Assembly: GCA_965644495.1 (NCBI GenBank)
Contig: CBFFSA010000008.1
Coordinates: forward strand, 682,001-746,000
DNA from: Perkinsela sp. CCAP 1560/9
Lineage: Eukaryota > Protista > Euglenozoa: Kinetoplastea
Length of the DNA stretch: 64,000 nucleotides
Reading direction: 5' to 3'
Of this stretch, positions 11,701-19,453 are shown in pieces. A model generated the notes under the pieces. The model did no database searches. It was given only the letters and a program-made list of their open reading frames with translations, and was not told the DNA's origin. How positions within the stretch are numbered: the first letter of the stretch is position 1; each line of letters begins with the position of its first letter. The position numbers and the translations under genes are program-made.

Positions 11701-12589
11701 CCAACGAGGGAAGCTCGGGTTGATGCATCTGAGTTGTGGGGGGGTGGCTTTCGTCGCTTGGGTGTGACATGTGTGATGGGCTTTGAGGGGTTGTCATCTT
11801 TCCCTTGCAGGACTGTGGGTGTGTTTCCCTTTTATTGACATCGTAAGAGCGCCCGCATGCAGCACACAGGAATCTACCTTCTGTAGCCCACCAGGCGGCA
11901 GGGATGCTGCTACCGTGACGACAGGCGACGTGGTTATAAAACGCTTGCCACGATACCCCGTGCGCCGGGCTCCGCCAAGTGCATCCCATCGCCGGGCATT
12001 CTCGGAATTCTTCTCTGTTTTGTGTAACTTCGGTGGCTGAGTCCTTGGCCTCAGCTAGGAGAGGTGAGGGAGGGTTTTTCTCTGTCGCCGGTATTCGTTT
12101 AGAATGCCTCGTGTCTGTCTTCGTGGGTCCTTTCGAGGGAGAAACGTTGTGTAGCAGACGGGGAGAGACGTCCTGTACTACGGCATTAAGCTTCAGTGTT
12201 TTGTCGGGGGTCCGAGATGCAGGTGCGTTCTCATGAGTTGTGCTCTGCCGTCTTACCCCACAGTGTTGCATTTCCTCGTTTTCTGCCTCAGTATGGCCCG
12301 TGTCTGGAGTTTCCCTCTCCTGTGCAATTTGGCGTGCGTGATCCATCCATTCCGCGGGAATATCCATGGGGATCGGCGTGGTATAAAGTTGCTCGTTGTA
12401 TGTACTTGCAGTGGAGATCAAGTGTTTGTTCCCCTCAAACTGGTCCCAACTGCCGAGTCGGTGGGAACGCTCTTCATCGGTGAAAGTGCCTTCGCTGAGC
12501 TTACCTTCGTTTGTGTTAGTCAATATGTGGGGTGAAGGTGGATTTTTGTCTAGGCTTGCGCGAGATCGAAGACTTTGATCGCTTTTCAT
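8717..12589 (-). CDS. CRE-like polyprotein: LsmAD-like domain, two zinc fingers, RT, CCHC knuckle, RLE
   Basis: Likely start MKSDQ is the first ATG after the SL. Motifs: WDQFEGNKHL..STYNEQLYTT; CPAMGC..HVACRH; CAAC..HPQSC; RPIAAGE; VDLRNAFN; GVQQGYPLGP; WYLDDG; CPRENC..HALTC..RH; RPGD..LDFAVTH. Confidence 0.9.
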   Translation of the reverse strand: MKSDQSLRSRASLDKNPPSPHILTNTNEGKLSEGTFTDEERSHRLGSWDQFEGNKHLISTASTYNEQLYTTPIPMDIPAEWMDHARQIAQERETPDTGHTEAENEEMQHCGVRRQSTTHENAPASRTPDKTLKLNAVVQDVSPRLLHNVSPSKGPTKTDTRHSKRIPATEKNPPSPLLAEAKDSATEVTQNREEFRECPAMGCTWRSPAHGVSWQAFYNHVACRHGSSIPAAWWATEGRFLCAACGRSYDVNKRETHPQSCKGKMTTPQSPSHMSHPSDESHPPTTQMHQPELPSLASISQTQLSTCKDVPARCRHLWGEILTKTAENAVKENSPAAWTLFAMLPKCLLPAPHRGGRKNHTTYASFVEKCMNRWLAQDYVPLWNDTVNNALKKQSATPNIVHDEEEKAAIRSELLVRQGEYSRGMAALTADPMAPDDEETYIKLQNKHPCRLSDSDAIDYTPPPTAPLQVDEATVAKTIKSFHRGSSAGTMGLRPEHLQVALLAQVDNTTKPLKAITNLVNHLLAGKAPLEVQPYFAGARLCALEKGENDVRPIAAGETIRRLVSKTACNVVKAKASGIFAGLQFGVATPVGAERIIHTCRQAMAIHTDNPDFVLCKVDLRNAFNNVSRTAFLKLVSEHFPELFPWASWCYTTTSALTYRTHTLLSDEGVQQGYPLGPLFFSLVALELANEINHQADLDLQLWYLDDGVLIGKAQDTRNALDTIARVGPRWGLHLNMSKCEIITSPASANVTNLFPDIPDTKINVRGDFSVLGSPIGSPEYCSEYLTTHAIEPAETALEAITRIKDPQVSMALIRQCAGFCKMVHALRTTPPQSLTLLCERLDDFLMHAVESCLCPLPPSARSQIQRLKKHGGFGLRSASFHATSAYVSSVAFAADMDSWDPSEVEGFLSSIDDINAKVGTKLLNSSGRVCTIPHHKCEEFPPRHRPAKRPRQPDTHDPTSSANPPSLPHDRPPLSPDDLPPTSCPLYATEDCFDAKLPYWAKKGIPRQRDISHAISATEFSRAYEKADARTRARWVSQSGKGANSWAFVTPSKDTGHAFTPTEFRTLSRWWLGVPVYGEESKCPRENCTLPLDIHGDHALTCKHGEGIIRRHHSLVDQFAATCSQAHLAPQREKSLGNRGPGGALTRPGDVFMPSLFLGKPIVLDFAVTHAQQSKYTDTVRNASWVAAGSFAEHYASDQKARQRRESESAGSDFTAMVVESYGSWSSSALAVLRKVGERRAKASNGILSDGAATLQLVTDLNITLMRRQARMMISRMPVDDLPTPLIEQ

Positions 12590-12639
12590 GGGGAAGGACG
12601 CTAATCCCCGGGGAGTAACTAAAGAAAGGAAAGATAATT

Positions 12640-12677
12640 CAACAAGGTACAGAAACTGTATCTTTATCGTTAAAGTT
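12640..12677 (-). other. Spliced-leader exon copy, euglenozoan type; exact 5' boundary obscured by poly(A)
   Basis: AACTTTAACGATAAAGATACAGTTTCTGTACCTTGTTG shares the AAC..AACG start, ACAGTTTCTGTAC core and TTG end of kinetoplastid/diplonemid SLs. It is not followed by a GT donor. Confidence 0.85.
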
Positions 12678-12910
12678 TTTTTTTTTTTTTTTTTTTGGAC
12701 CATCGCAACCAGAATCTGGCTCATAAGAAATCTTAATTTTTTTTTTTTTTCTTTTCTTTATTTTTTTGAAACTATCCGTAGAAACCAATTTGAACAAACT
12801 AATAATACTATAACATTCACTGTCGTTTTTTTTTCCGTTCCTTTAGATATTATGTATATAATAATACATATAGGCATTGAAAAAAACGAAACTATGTTGA
12901 TACATTTGGC

Positions 12911-15900
12911 TCAAATGCTGTACCTGCTGCTGCCTTCCGGGGATAAGTGGTTCCGCAACTGGGCGTACACTTCCGTCCCATTCAGTTCCTGAAGTAGGAG
13001 CTTGAACTCCATTTCAGTTGCTCGACGATTTAAGAGTGCCGCGTCGGATAGGACATGCAACAGAGATCTCGTATTTTGATGAAGAGAGCCGCAGGACAGC
13101 ACTGGGATGCACTGAAATGCGAAGTCGGGAATTTTTCCGGATGTCACATATGTATCCCGTTTCCGCTTGATTGCATCTGTAAGAAGCTGGGAGCAAGATT
13201 TCGCTTGATTGGAGTTCGATAGCTCGTGCACCACAGTTAGATCATAAAATATTTCCCCGGTTGACCAATATATCACCAAATCAGGCCCTGAGCGAAACAG
13301 CTGACGTCCGGCACATGTTTTGTCATGAATCATTTTGTTGCTTGGAAACACTTTATTCTTGCAAATTCCGCATTGCCAAGTCGAAAAAGATCGCGGTTCT
13401 TTCTCGCATTGTATACCGGCCTTTTGTGCCAAATCGAAGATATACTTAACCAGCCGATTGTGCTTCATTGTGGCATTAAGCCCTGTACATTGGACGCATC
13501 CGGGGATGTGCTGCAAAGCTGTTTTGTTGTCGAGTAACATACGACAGCCGGGGTACAGCAGCGATTTCGGGAGTCGAGGATGAGGCATCCCAAGGCGTGT
13601 CATGATTGCAATCTGAAATGCACGCGTGGGTACAAATTTAGCATTAGACTGTAACCAGTCATAGCTTCCTTTCCGTGTGGTGGCATTTAATATTGTGGCT
13701 AGCTTGGGATCGTGATCCTTTAAAGCCTCGTATGCTTTCTGGTGCAATTGCGCGGCTGTTGTTACTTCATCGATTGGGGCGACCACTGCTGTTTGACTCA
13801 TTCCATTATCCATGATAGCGGATACGTTACTCACATTGCCCGCCCGAGCAGAAATTGAGTTTTTGCGCTCTAGAGCTAGGTAACGAGAAGTTTCGTATGA
13901 CGCCGCACGAATACTATGACATGATGTCAGACCGAGGCCTCCTTTCTTTAGCGGCAGCCGAGCCAATTCGATTTGCTCTTTGGTCATTTCTCCCAACCAC
14001 TGGTGCAGCACTTTTTCGACGTTGTTGTCGAAACTGAGAGAGACCACGTCGGTTAACGTTGGCTCGTGCACTCTTATGGCGTATTGATGCCTCACATTCA
14101 TGCTTTTGGAAAGTAGCAAAAGTGAGACATTGTTGGCGCCCATAAGTTTTAATCGGCGAAAGGCTTCGGTATTCCTGACAAGCTGCTGAAACAAACCCGA
14201 CTTTACAGATTCATCTTCTCCAAGGTGTGCCCCAAGGATCTTTATAGAATCGTACGCAGCCTTGACCCCTTCATTTGCAAGCTGTTCTGGAATCGGGATT
14301 TTTTCCTGTCCACCGAACCACACGCATTTTCCAGGAGCAAGTTCAATGTTGTGAGCATTCACCATTTCTTGGAGCCTTACAAATGCTTTGGCCAATGATT
14401 GTGAGTTTTTCGAAGCCATGTTCACGTCATCAATAAATGCATATATTTCGATGTCGGGAAACTCTTGTTTCAGAATCTCCAATAGTGGCTGCAGGAAGGC
14501 GCAGTAGTATAGAGATGCCAGCGGGGAACCTTGCCGCAAACCACATGTGCTGGGAATGACTCCGAATAGCGTTCCATCGGATCCGTAATACAGTAGCTCT
14601 GAGGGTTGGCCGTATTCAGCGTGAAAGATCCGTTGAAACGGGCGTAGTGTACCACAAGCAAATACGTGTTTGGCAATATCCGCCCTATTCGGGGAGTTGA
14701 AGGCGTTTTTGGCGTCAATGGAAAGAATGACGTGTCCAGACTTAAAACGCTCATGCAGTCTATGAACGATTTTTTCGCATCCTGCCTTTGACGAAACGCC
14801 GTGTTGCAGTGGTGCAAAAAGAGGGCCCAAAGTGTGTTCGTAGCGCTGGAGCAATATAACGCCGGCAAGCTTCATAAATATCTCGCCCATTGCCACTGGT
14901 CTGACTCCTCCGTTGGATTTAGGAATGGCTACGAGCCGTGCTCGGTTTAATCGAAACAAAACGCTGTGATCCACGAATCCGTTGATTAGATCCGATTTCA
15001 TATGGGCAAGATTAGTGCATGAGATCTCATCATCGAGCATGAGTTGCACAATCCCGTCTGTCATTCCAGTTGGGCCAGGGTTTACGCCTTTTGCGAGTCG
15101 CTTCCCTGCTTTCCGTAGCTCCTCCGTCATTATCCCGCTAATTATCGGCGCATCCTCCGGCAAAGAAATTTCGTATTGTCTTTGCGGATGTAAGGCGGCA
15201 AGCTTGTCAAGGGTCTCTTCATCCGTTAGTTGCTTTGGTGTAAAGGTCTGATCCAAGACCTTGGCCGCCTTGGAAGTACATCCATCCAATACTAGCCTTG
15301 TCGCTCGTTTGATGGCTCGTGTATCGCTCAGTGTCTCCTCTTTTCGCTCACCGTCATCGGGCTCCCGTAACGGGCGCCGTCTTCGCCTTTTTCCACTGTT
15401 TTCTCGAACAGTCGCTAGGGATAACTTAATGGCTGATAGCAAACGGTGCCATATTTTTGTTCTTTGCGTGTGATCGGAATTTATATACTCCTGGACGATG
15501 TTCCTCAGCACCACGACAACACACGGAGCGAGGTCAGGGCTTATTGAACGTAGCGTGGGTATTGGTAACAAATCCACTGATGAATCATCTTTGGCTTTTT
15601 CTGGAAAGTTCATCTGATGATTCTCCAGAAACGCATCCCTTTGCACAGTAGTATCGATCGCTGGCGGCGCTTGATGCCACGCTAGTTTATAGATCCGTAC
15701 GTCCTCTTGTGGAGGTAAAACCCCGGAAAATTGTTCCCCAACTTTGTGACCAACAACGCCCCGATACGAGATAGATAACTTACCAAATCCTCCACGCTTA
15801 CTATGTGTTCGAGTGACTTTGCCTATTGAGATGTTAAGCGCACCTTGTTTGTTAAATGTCCAGGCCACTGTACACATTGCGCCCGGTTTGATTTGCTTCG

Positions 15901-17551
15901 AATGCGTCCAAATCTCATCCGGCGAGGCCGGAAATTGTGACTCGGGCGTTACATTCTTCATCAGGTCAAAGGATTTGTTCTCCTCTGTGCTTGGGTCGAT
16001 TCCGATAAACATGATCGTTGAATTTTTCTCGTTCTGTGACTTCGTTGCATTTGGCTCCCGCTCGGGTAATTCCGCATCGATTTTGGGACTTGATGGAGAC
16101 CCCAACTGAGAGAGAAGCTGATCACGTTGGTTCGTTTTTTTCATGGGAGTTTCGGGAGTGTTGCACTCAAAAAACTGACGTGGCTCATCTGACGGGGAAG
16201 ACGGCTCTTCAGACAAAACATCAAAATTGTGAACGTCGTGCACGTAACCATTACCGATCCATCTGTATCCTTCAAATCGAGGGTCTTTGGGATCTGGATG
16301 CATCTCGATGTTGGTTTCATTGGCGTCATTTGCTACCGTCGGCGGAGTATTCGTGTTCACTTGAGAATTCCCGTGATGTGATTTATGACATGTAACCGCT
16401 GTTCCATTTGTCGATTCCGCTGTCACGTTCTGGATCCTTATCCGAGTTGAATCATCCTCGTTTCGCAGTTTCACTGGTGATGGACTGTGGCTGCGATTAG
16501 GAAGTTGAGGCAGCTGAATGCTTTGCTGACTGCTTGCAATCGATGTCAAAGTTGAGACAGCTGCGCCGCACGTTTTCGCTGCCATGCCGCACGATTTCGT
16601 GATAATGGAACTCCATCCATTTACTTGATACAGAGTTTTGCTAATAGGAGAAGATTGGACTATGCGCGGTGCTACCGAGGCGTTCTTTCGCTGAGCTTCT
16701 CGTTTTTCTTTCTGCATGCGTGTCCACAAATCGTTGAACGTTTGCCTCCGAATGTTTGACTTTGAAATTGTAATTTTCATGGTTTTCTGAGACCTGATGT
16801 TTGGTGATTCTGATGCGACGTTTGGCGTAACGTTTGTCGACGAGAGCCATGGTGGAAATTCTGAATCTTTTCGTGAAACCGCAACTGGTATTGTTCTTTG
16901 TGGCGTGACCATCTCGTGAGCCTTGCGGTGCGAGAATCCTTTAGGCGGTTGAGGCGTCTCCGTTGAAGCACCTTGTGGGGGAGAGGGGCTCAGTCGGATT
17001 AGCTGTGGTGAGGCGAGCGGGGGTGGCATAGGGCGCGGTAGAGCTGAGGGGGCGGAGGAGTTCAGAAGCGGCGGAGAATGGAGCGGTCGACGATTACGTG
17101 CGGCTCTCGTTGGAAACCGTGAAGGGAAGTGCGCCGCAAGGGTATCATAGAAGGAGGGTTTCTTTGCCATAATTTTGTCAGGTTGACTTGGTGGTGAGCT
17201 CGGCTGCGGTAGTGTTGTTGGCTGCGGTGGCGGTAATGGTGGCGGCTGTGGAAGCGTTCCCGGTGACAGCGGTGTCGTTGGCAATGGCGGTGGCTGTCGC
17301 ATGGTTCGGGACGGCGATGGCGTCTTTGGTGATTCCATTCGTTCTAGTCGCATCTCTGTACTCGGATGTGTGGAATTCAAGGACGGGGACGGCGTCTGCG
17401 GGGGATGCGGGGGGGATTTCTGCGGGGGCGGCGCACCTAGCGGAGAGTTCGTGGTTAGTCCTGTTCTCTTTTTGCGCCGGGTGACAGGCAGAGGCAAAAT
17501 CTCAGGAGCTACTCCCGATTCTTTCGCCTTGGAGCGGGTGACCACTCCCAT
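12911..17551 (-). CDS. Full-length lineage A CRE/SLACS-like polyprotein (A2): Pro-rich N-terminus, Tudor/SH3-like module, RT, RLE
   Basis: GVRPVAMGE, IDAKNAFNS, GLRQGSPL, AFIDD, LPLKKGGLGL, KHN, RSGPDL, FYDLT. Element spans ~12737-17586 from poly(A) to the SL remnant TTGTTG. The knuckle reads LYPGC here and LCPGC in the duplicate. Confidence 0.92.
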   Translation of the reverse strand: MGVVTRSKAKESGVAPEILPLPVTRRKKRTGLTTNSPLGAPPPQKSPPHPPQTPSPSLNSTHPSTEMRLERMESPKTPSPSRTMRQPPPLPTTPLSPGTLPQPPPLPPPQPTTLPQPSSPPSQPDKIMAKKPSFYDTLAAHFPSRFPTRAARNRRPLHSPPLLNSSAPSALPRPMPPPLASPQLIRLSPSPPQGASTETPQPPKGFSHRKAHEMVTPQRTIPVAVSRKDSEFPPWLSSTNVTPNVASESPNIRSQKTMKITISKSNIRRQTFNDLWTRMQKEKREAQRKNASVAPRIVQSSPISKTLYQVNGWSSIITKSCGMAAKTCGAAVSTLTSIASSQQSIQLPQLPNRSHSPSPVKLRNEDDSTRIRIQNVTAESTNGTAVTCHKSHHGNSQVNTNTPPTVANDANETNIEMHPDPKDPRFEGYRWIGNGYVHDVHNFDVLSEEPSSPSDEPRQFFECNTPETPMKKTNQRDQLLSQLGSPSSPKIDAELPEREPNATKSQNEKNSTIMFIGIDPSTEENKSFDLMKNVTPESQFPASPDEIWTHSKQIKPGAMCTVAWTFNKQGALNISIGKVTRTHSKRGGFGKLSISYRGVVGHKVGEQFSGVLPPQEDVRIYKLAWHQAPPAIDTTVQRDAFLENHQMNFPEKAKDDSSVDLLPIPTLRSISPDLAPCVVVVLRNIVQEYINSDHTQRTKIWHRLLSAIKLSLATVRENSGKRRRRRPLREPDDGERKEETLSDTRAIKRATRLVLDGCTSKAAKVLDQTFTPKQLTDEETLDKLAALHPQRQYEISLPEDAPIISGIMTEELRKAGKRLAKGVNPGPTGMTDGIVQLMLDDEISCTNLAHMKSDLINGFVDHSVLFRLNRARLVAIPKSNGGVRPVAMGEIFMKLAGVILLQRYEHTLGPLFAPLQHGVSSKAGCEKIVHRLHERFKSGHVILSIDAKNAFNSPNRADIAKHVFACGTLRPFQRIFHAEYGQPSELLYYGSDGTLFGVIPSTCGLRQGSPLASLYYCAFLQPLLEILKQEFPDIEIYAFIDDVNMASKNSQSLAKAFVRLQEMVNAHNIELAPGKCVWFGGQEKIPIPEQLANEGVKAAYDSIKILGAHLGEDESVKSGLFQQLVRNTEAFRRLKLMGANNVSLLLLSKSMNVRHQYAIRVHEPTLTDVVSLSFDNNVEKVLHQWLGEMTKEQIELARLPLKKGGLGLTSCHSIRAASYETSRYLALERKNSISARAGNVSNVSAIMDNGMSQTAVVAPIDEVTTAAQLHQKAYEALKDHDPKLATILNATTRKGSYDWLQSNAKFVPTRAFQIAIMTRLGMPHPRLPKSLLYPGCRMLLDNKTALQHIPGCVQCTGLNATMKHNRLVKYIFDLAQKAGIQCEKEPRSFSTWQCGICKNKVFPSNKMIHDKTCAGRQLFRSGPDLVIYWSTGEIFYDLTVVHELSNSNQAKSCSQLLTDAIKRKRDTYVTSGKIPDFAFQCIPVLSCGSLHQNTRSLLHVLSDAALLNRRATEMEFKLLLQELNGTEVYAQLRNHLSPEGSSRYSI

Positions 17552-17590
17552 AGAAATGTAGAAAGTAAGAGGTAATAATTCAACAATCTC

Positions 17591-19030
17591 TTTGCAATCT
17601 CGTCGCGTGAAGGGCTATTAAAAGCGTTCTTCATATCCAACGAGAGGATAGCACACCCTTCCATATATCGTCGATTGAGTTCGTGAACAATAGTCTCGCA
17701 GCCAGCGCGACTCATTACCCCATGCTGCATCGGCAGGAAAAGCTTTTCAAATTTATGTTCGTTACGCAGAAGAAGGATTAGTCCAGCCAACTTGAGAAAA
17801 ATTTCTCCCATTGCCACCGGTCGAACGGCTTGAGCTGTTTTAGGGAGTGCAACTAAGCGTGCTCTCCGCAGTCTGCGCATTACATCCTTGGAGAGCATTC
17901 CGTTAATTAAATCGCACATCATGTGGCTTAGACTCGTGCAACAGATCTCATCGTCCAAGAGCAGACGAATGATGGCCTCTGTGGTACCGGATGGACCTGG
18001 GGCGGCGCCTTTTGCGAGTCTCTTTCCTGCTTCTCGGAGTTCATGGGGCGGGATACATGCTACCTTCGGGGCGTCGGTGGGAAGCTCAAAAGAAATCGGT
18101 AAAGATGGGTGTAGTTTTTGTAATTGAGACAATTTTTCTTCGTCCCCTAATGATGTTTCGGTGATGTCTTGATCTAACACGCGCGTCGCTTTCTTAATCG
18201 CTCCTTCCAAAACCAGTCGTGTCGCTTTTTTGACTGCTCTCAGATCTTTAGCCTTTTGCTCCACTTCACTGTTTCCTGCGTTCGTCTCCTGAGTTTGAAT
18301 TGGGCGGCGACGACGCTTTTTTCCAATGAGATGGCGCACTGTAGCTAACGAATGTTTCATTGCCGACATGGTTCTGTGCCAGATTTGATTTCGTTGGTCG
18401 TAAGAAGAATCTGCGTAATCCCGCATTATGTCACGATAGATAGAGACAACACAGGGCACAAACTCTGAACTGACAGTCCGCATGGTTGGCATTGGATCGA
18501 AATCCAAGTCTGCTTCCGTATGAGAAAATCCTTGATTACTGGGAATTCCTTTAGCGTCCACATCAATTCTGCTTTTTGAATCCTTTCGATGTAGCCATTG
18601 TATTGAATAAACTCTCACATTAGAATTGGGAGGAATGAACCCACGAAATTGCTCGCCGCATTTGTACCCTTCTATACCTTCATACTGGAGAGACATCCGT
18701 CCGATTCCGGCACGCTTCTTAACCGACTTAACCACCCCTTTCGATATATTCAGCTGCGAGGAATCGCTGAAGCACCATGCCATCAAGCACGAGTCCCCTT
18801 GTTTCGCCGTTTTTGATGAATCCCAGATGGTATCCGGTGCCAGTGGAAACTGCTCCGTTGGGTTTATCGACTTATTCAACTTCTCTATCATCTCGGCCTC
18901 CTTGGCAACTTCTATGACAGACTCTGTTTCAGCAGGAAGTTCAAAGTTCGGCATCGTGATATTGTTTTCGTCAACTACCTCGTGCAGTGTCGTAGACCCG
19001 TCAACCCTTCCCGTGCTCAATAGGGTGTCC
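17591..19030 (-). pseudogene. 5' part of a lineage A element (Tudor-like module and RT N-half), split by the A2/B1 insertion
   Basis: RLAKGAAPGPSG, VRPVAMGE, LDMKNAFNSPSRDEIAK. Confidence 0.85.
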
Positions 19031-19443
19031 TCAGGAGTTAAACAGTCGGCGTATGTCTGACATTCGACATCTGCGTCTTCCGTTTGCTTTCCGGATAGTC
19101 GCTAACGAGTATTTCATTGCAGACAAGGTCCGGTGCCATATGCGATTGCGCTGGGGGTATTGACATTCCGCGTAGTCACGTACAATATCACGATAGATGG
19201 CAATCACACTCGGTATGAATTCATAACACTCCACAAAGAGCGGCCATTGCACGGGCACTGCAGCAAAACAGCGCTTTCAAACCATTCATGCGGATGTTCT
19301 ACTGCGAATACGGCGACCCCTCGGACTTGCTTTTCTTTGCGAACAACCGCCTCCACACTACGATAAAGAGCACGTCCGGGGTACGGCAAGGCTCTGCGCT
19401 TTCCTCTCTTTACTTTTGTGCACTACTACAAGGAGCGTTGGTG
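19031..19443. pseudogene. Truncated duplicate of the inverted 5' end of element A5 (see 39090-41056)
   Basis: Matches 39090-39502. Confidence 0.8.
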
Positions 19444-19453
19444 GGTATCCGGC

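Larger units (their letters stand above)
8147..12677 (-). mobile_element. Full-length CRE-clade non-LTR element, lineage B (B1): SL exon, ORF, structured 3' UTR, poly(A)
   Basis: Poly(T) tracts on both sides (8147-8164, 12676-12696), SL at 12640-12677, single long ORF. Confidence 0.9.

Noticed and set aside
12640-12677. Functional SL-RNA gene
   Set aside because: No GT donor, intron portion or Sm-like site follows the exon.
12590-12724. N-terminal extensions of the ORF-track calls (KKKKTLTIKIQFLYLV), also at 22326-22445, 31795-31831 and 36565-36720
   Set aside because: These are translations of poly(A), SL or terminal repeats. The true starts are downstream, or the ORF is a junction chimera.
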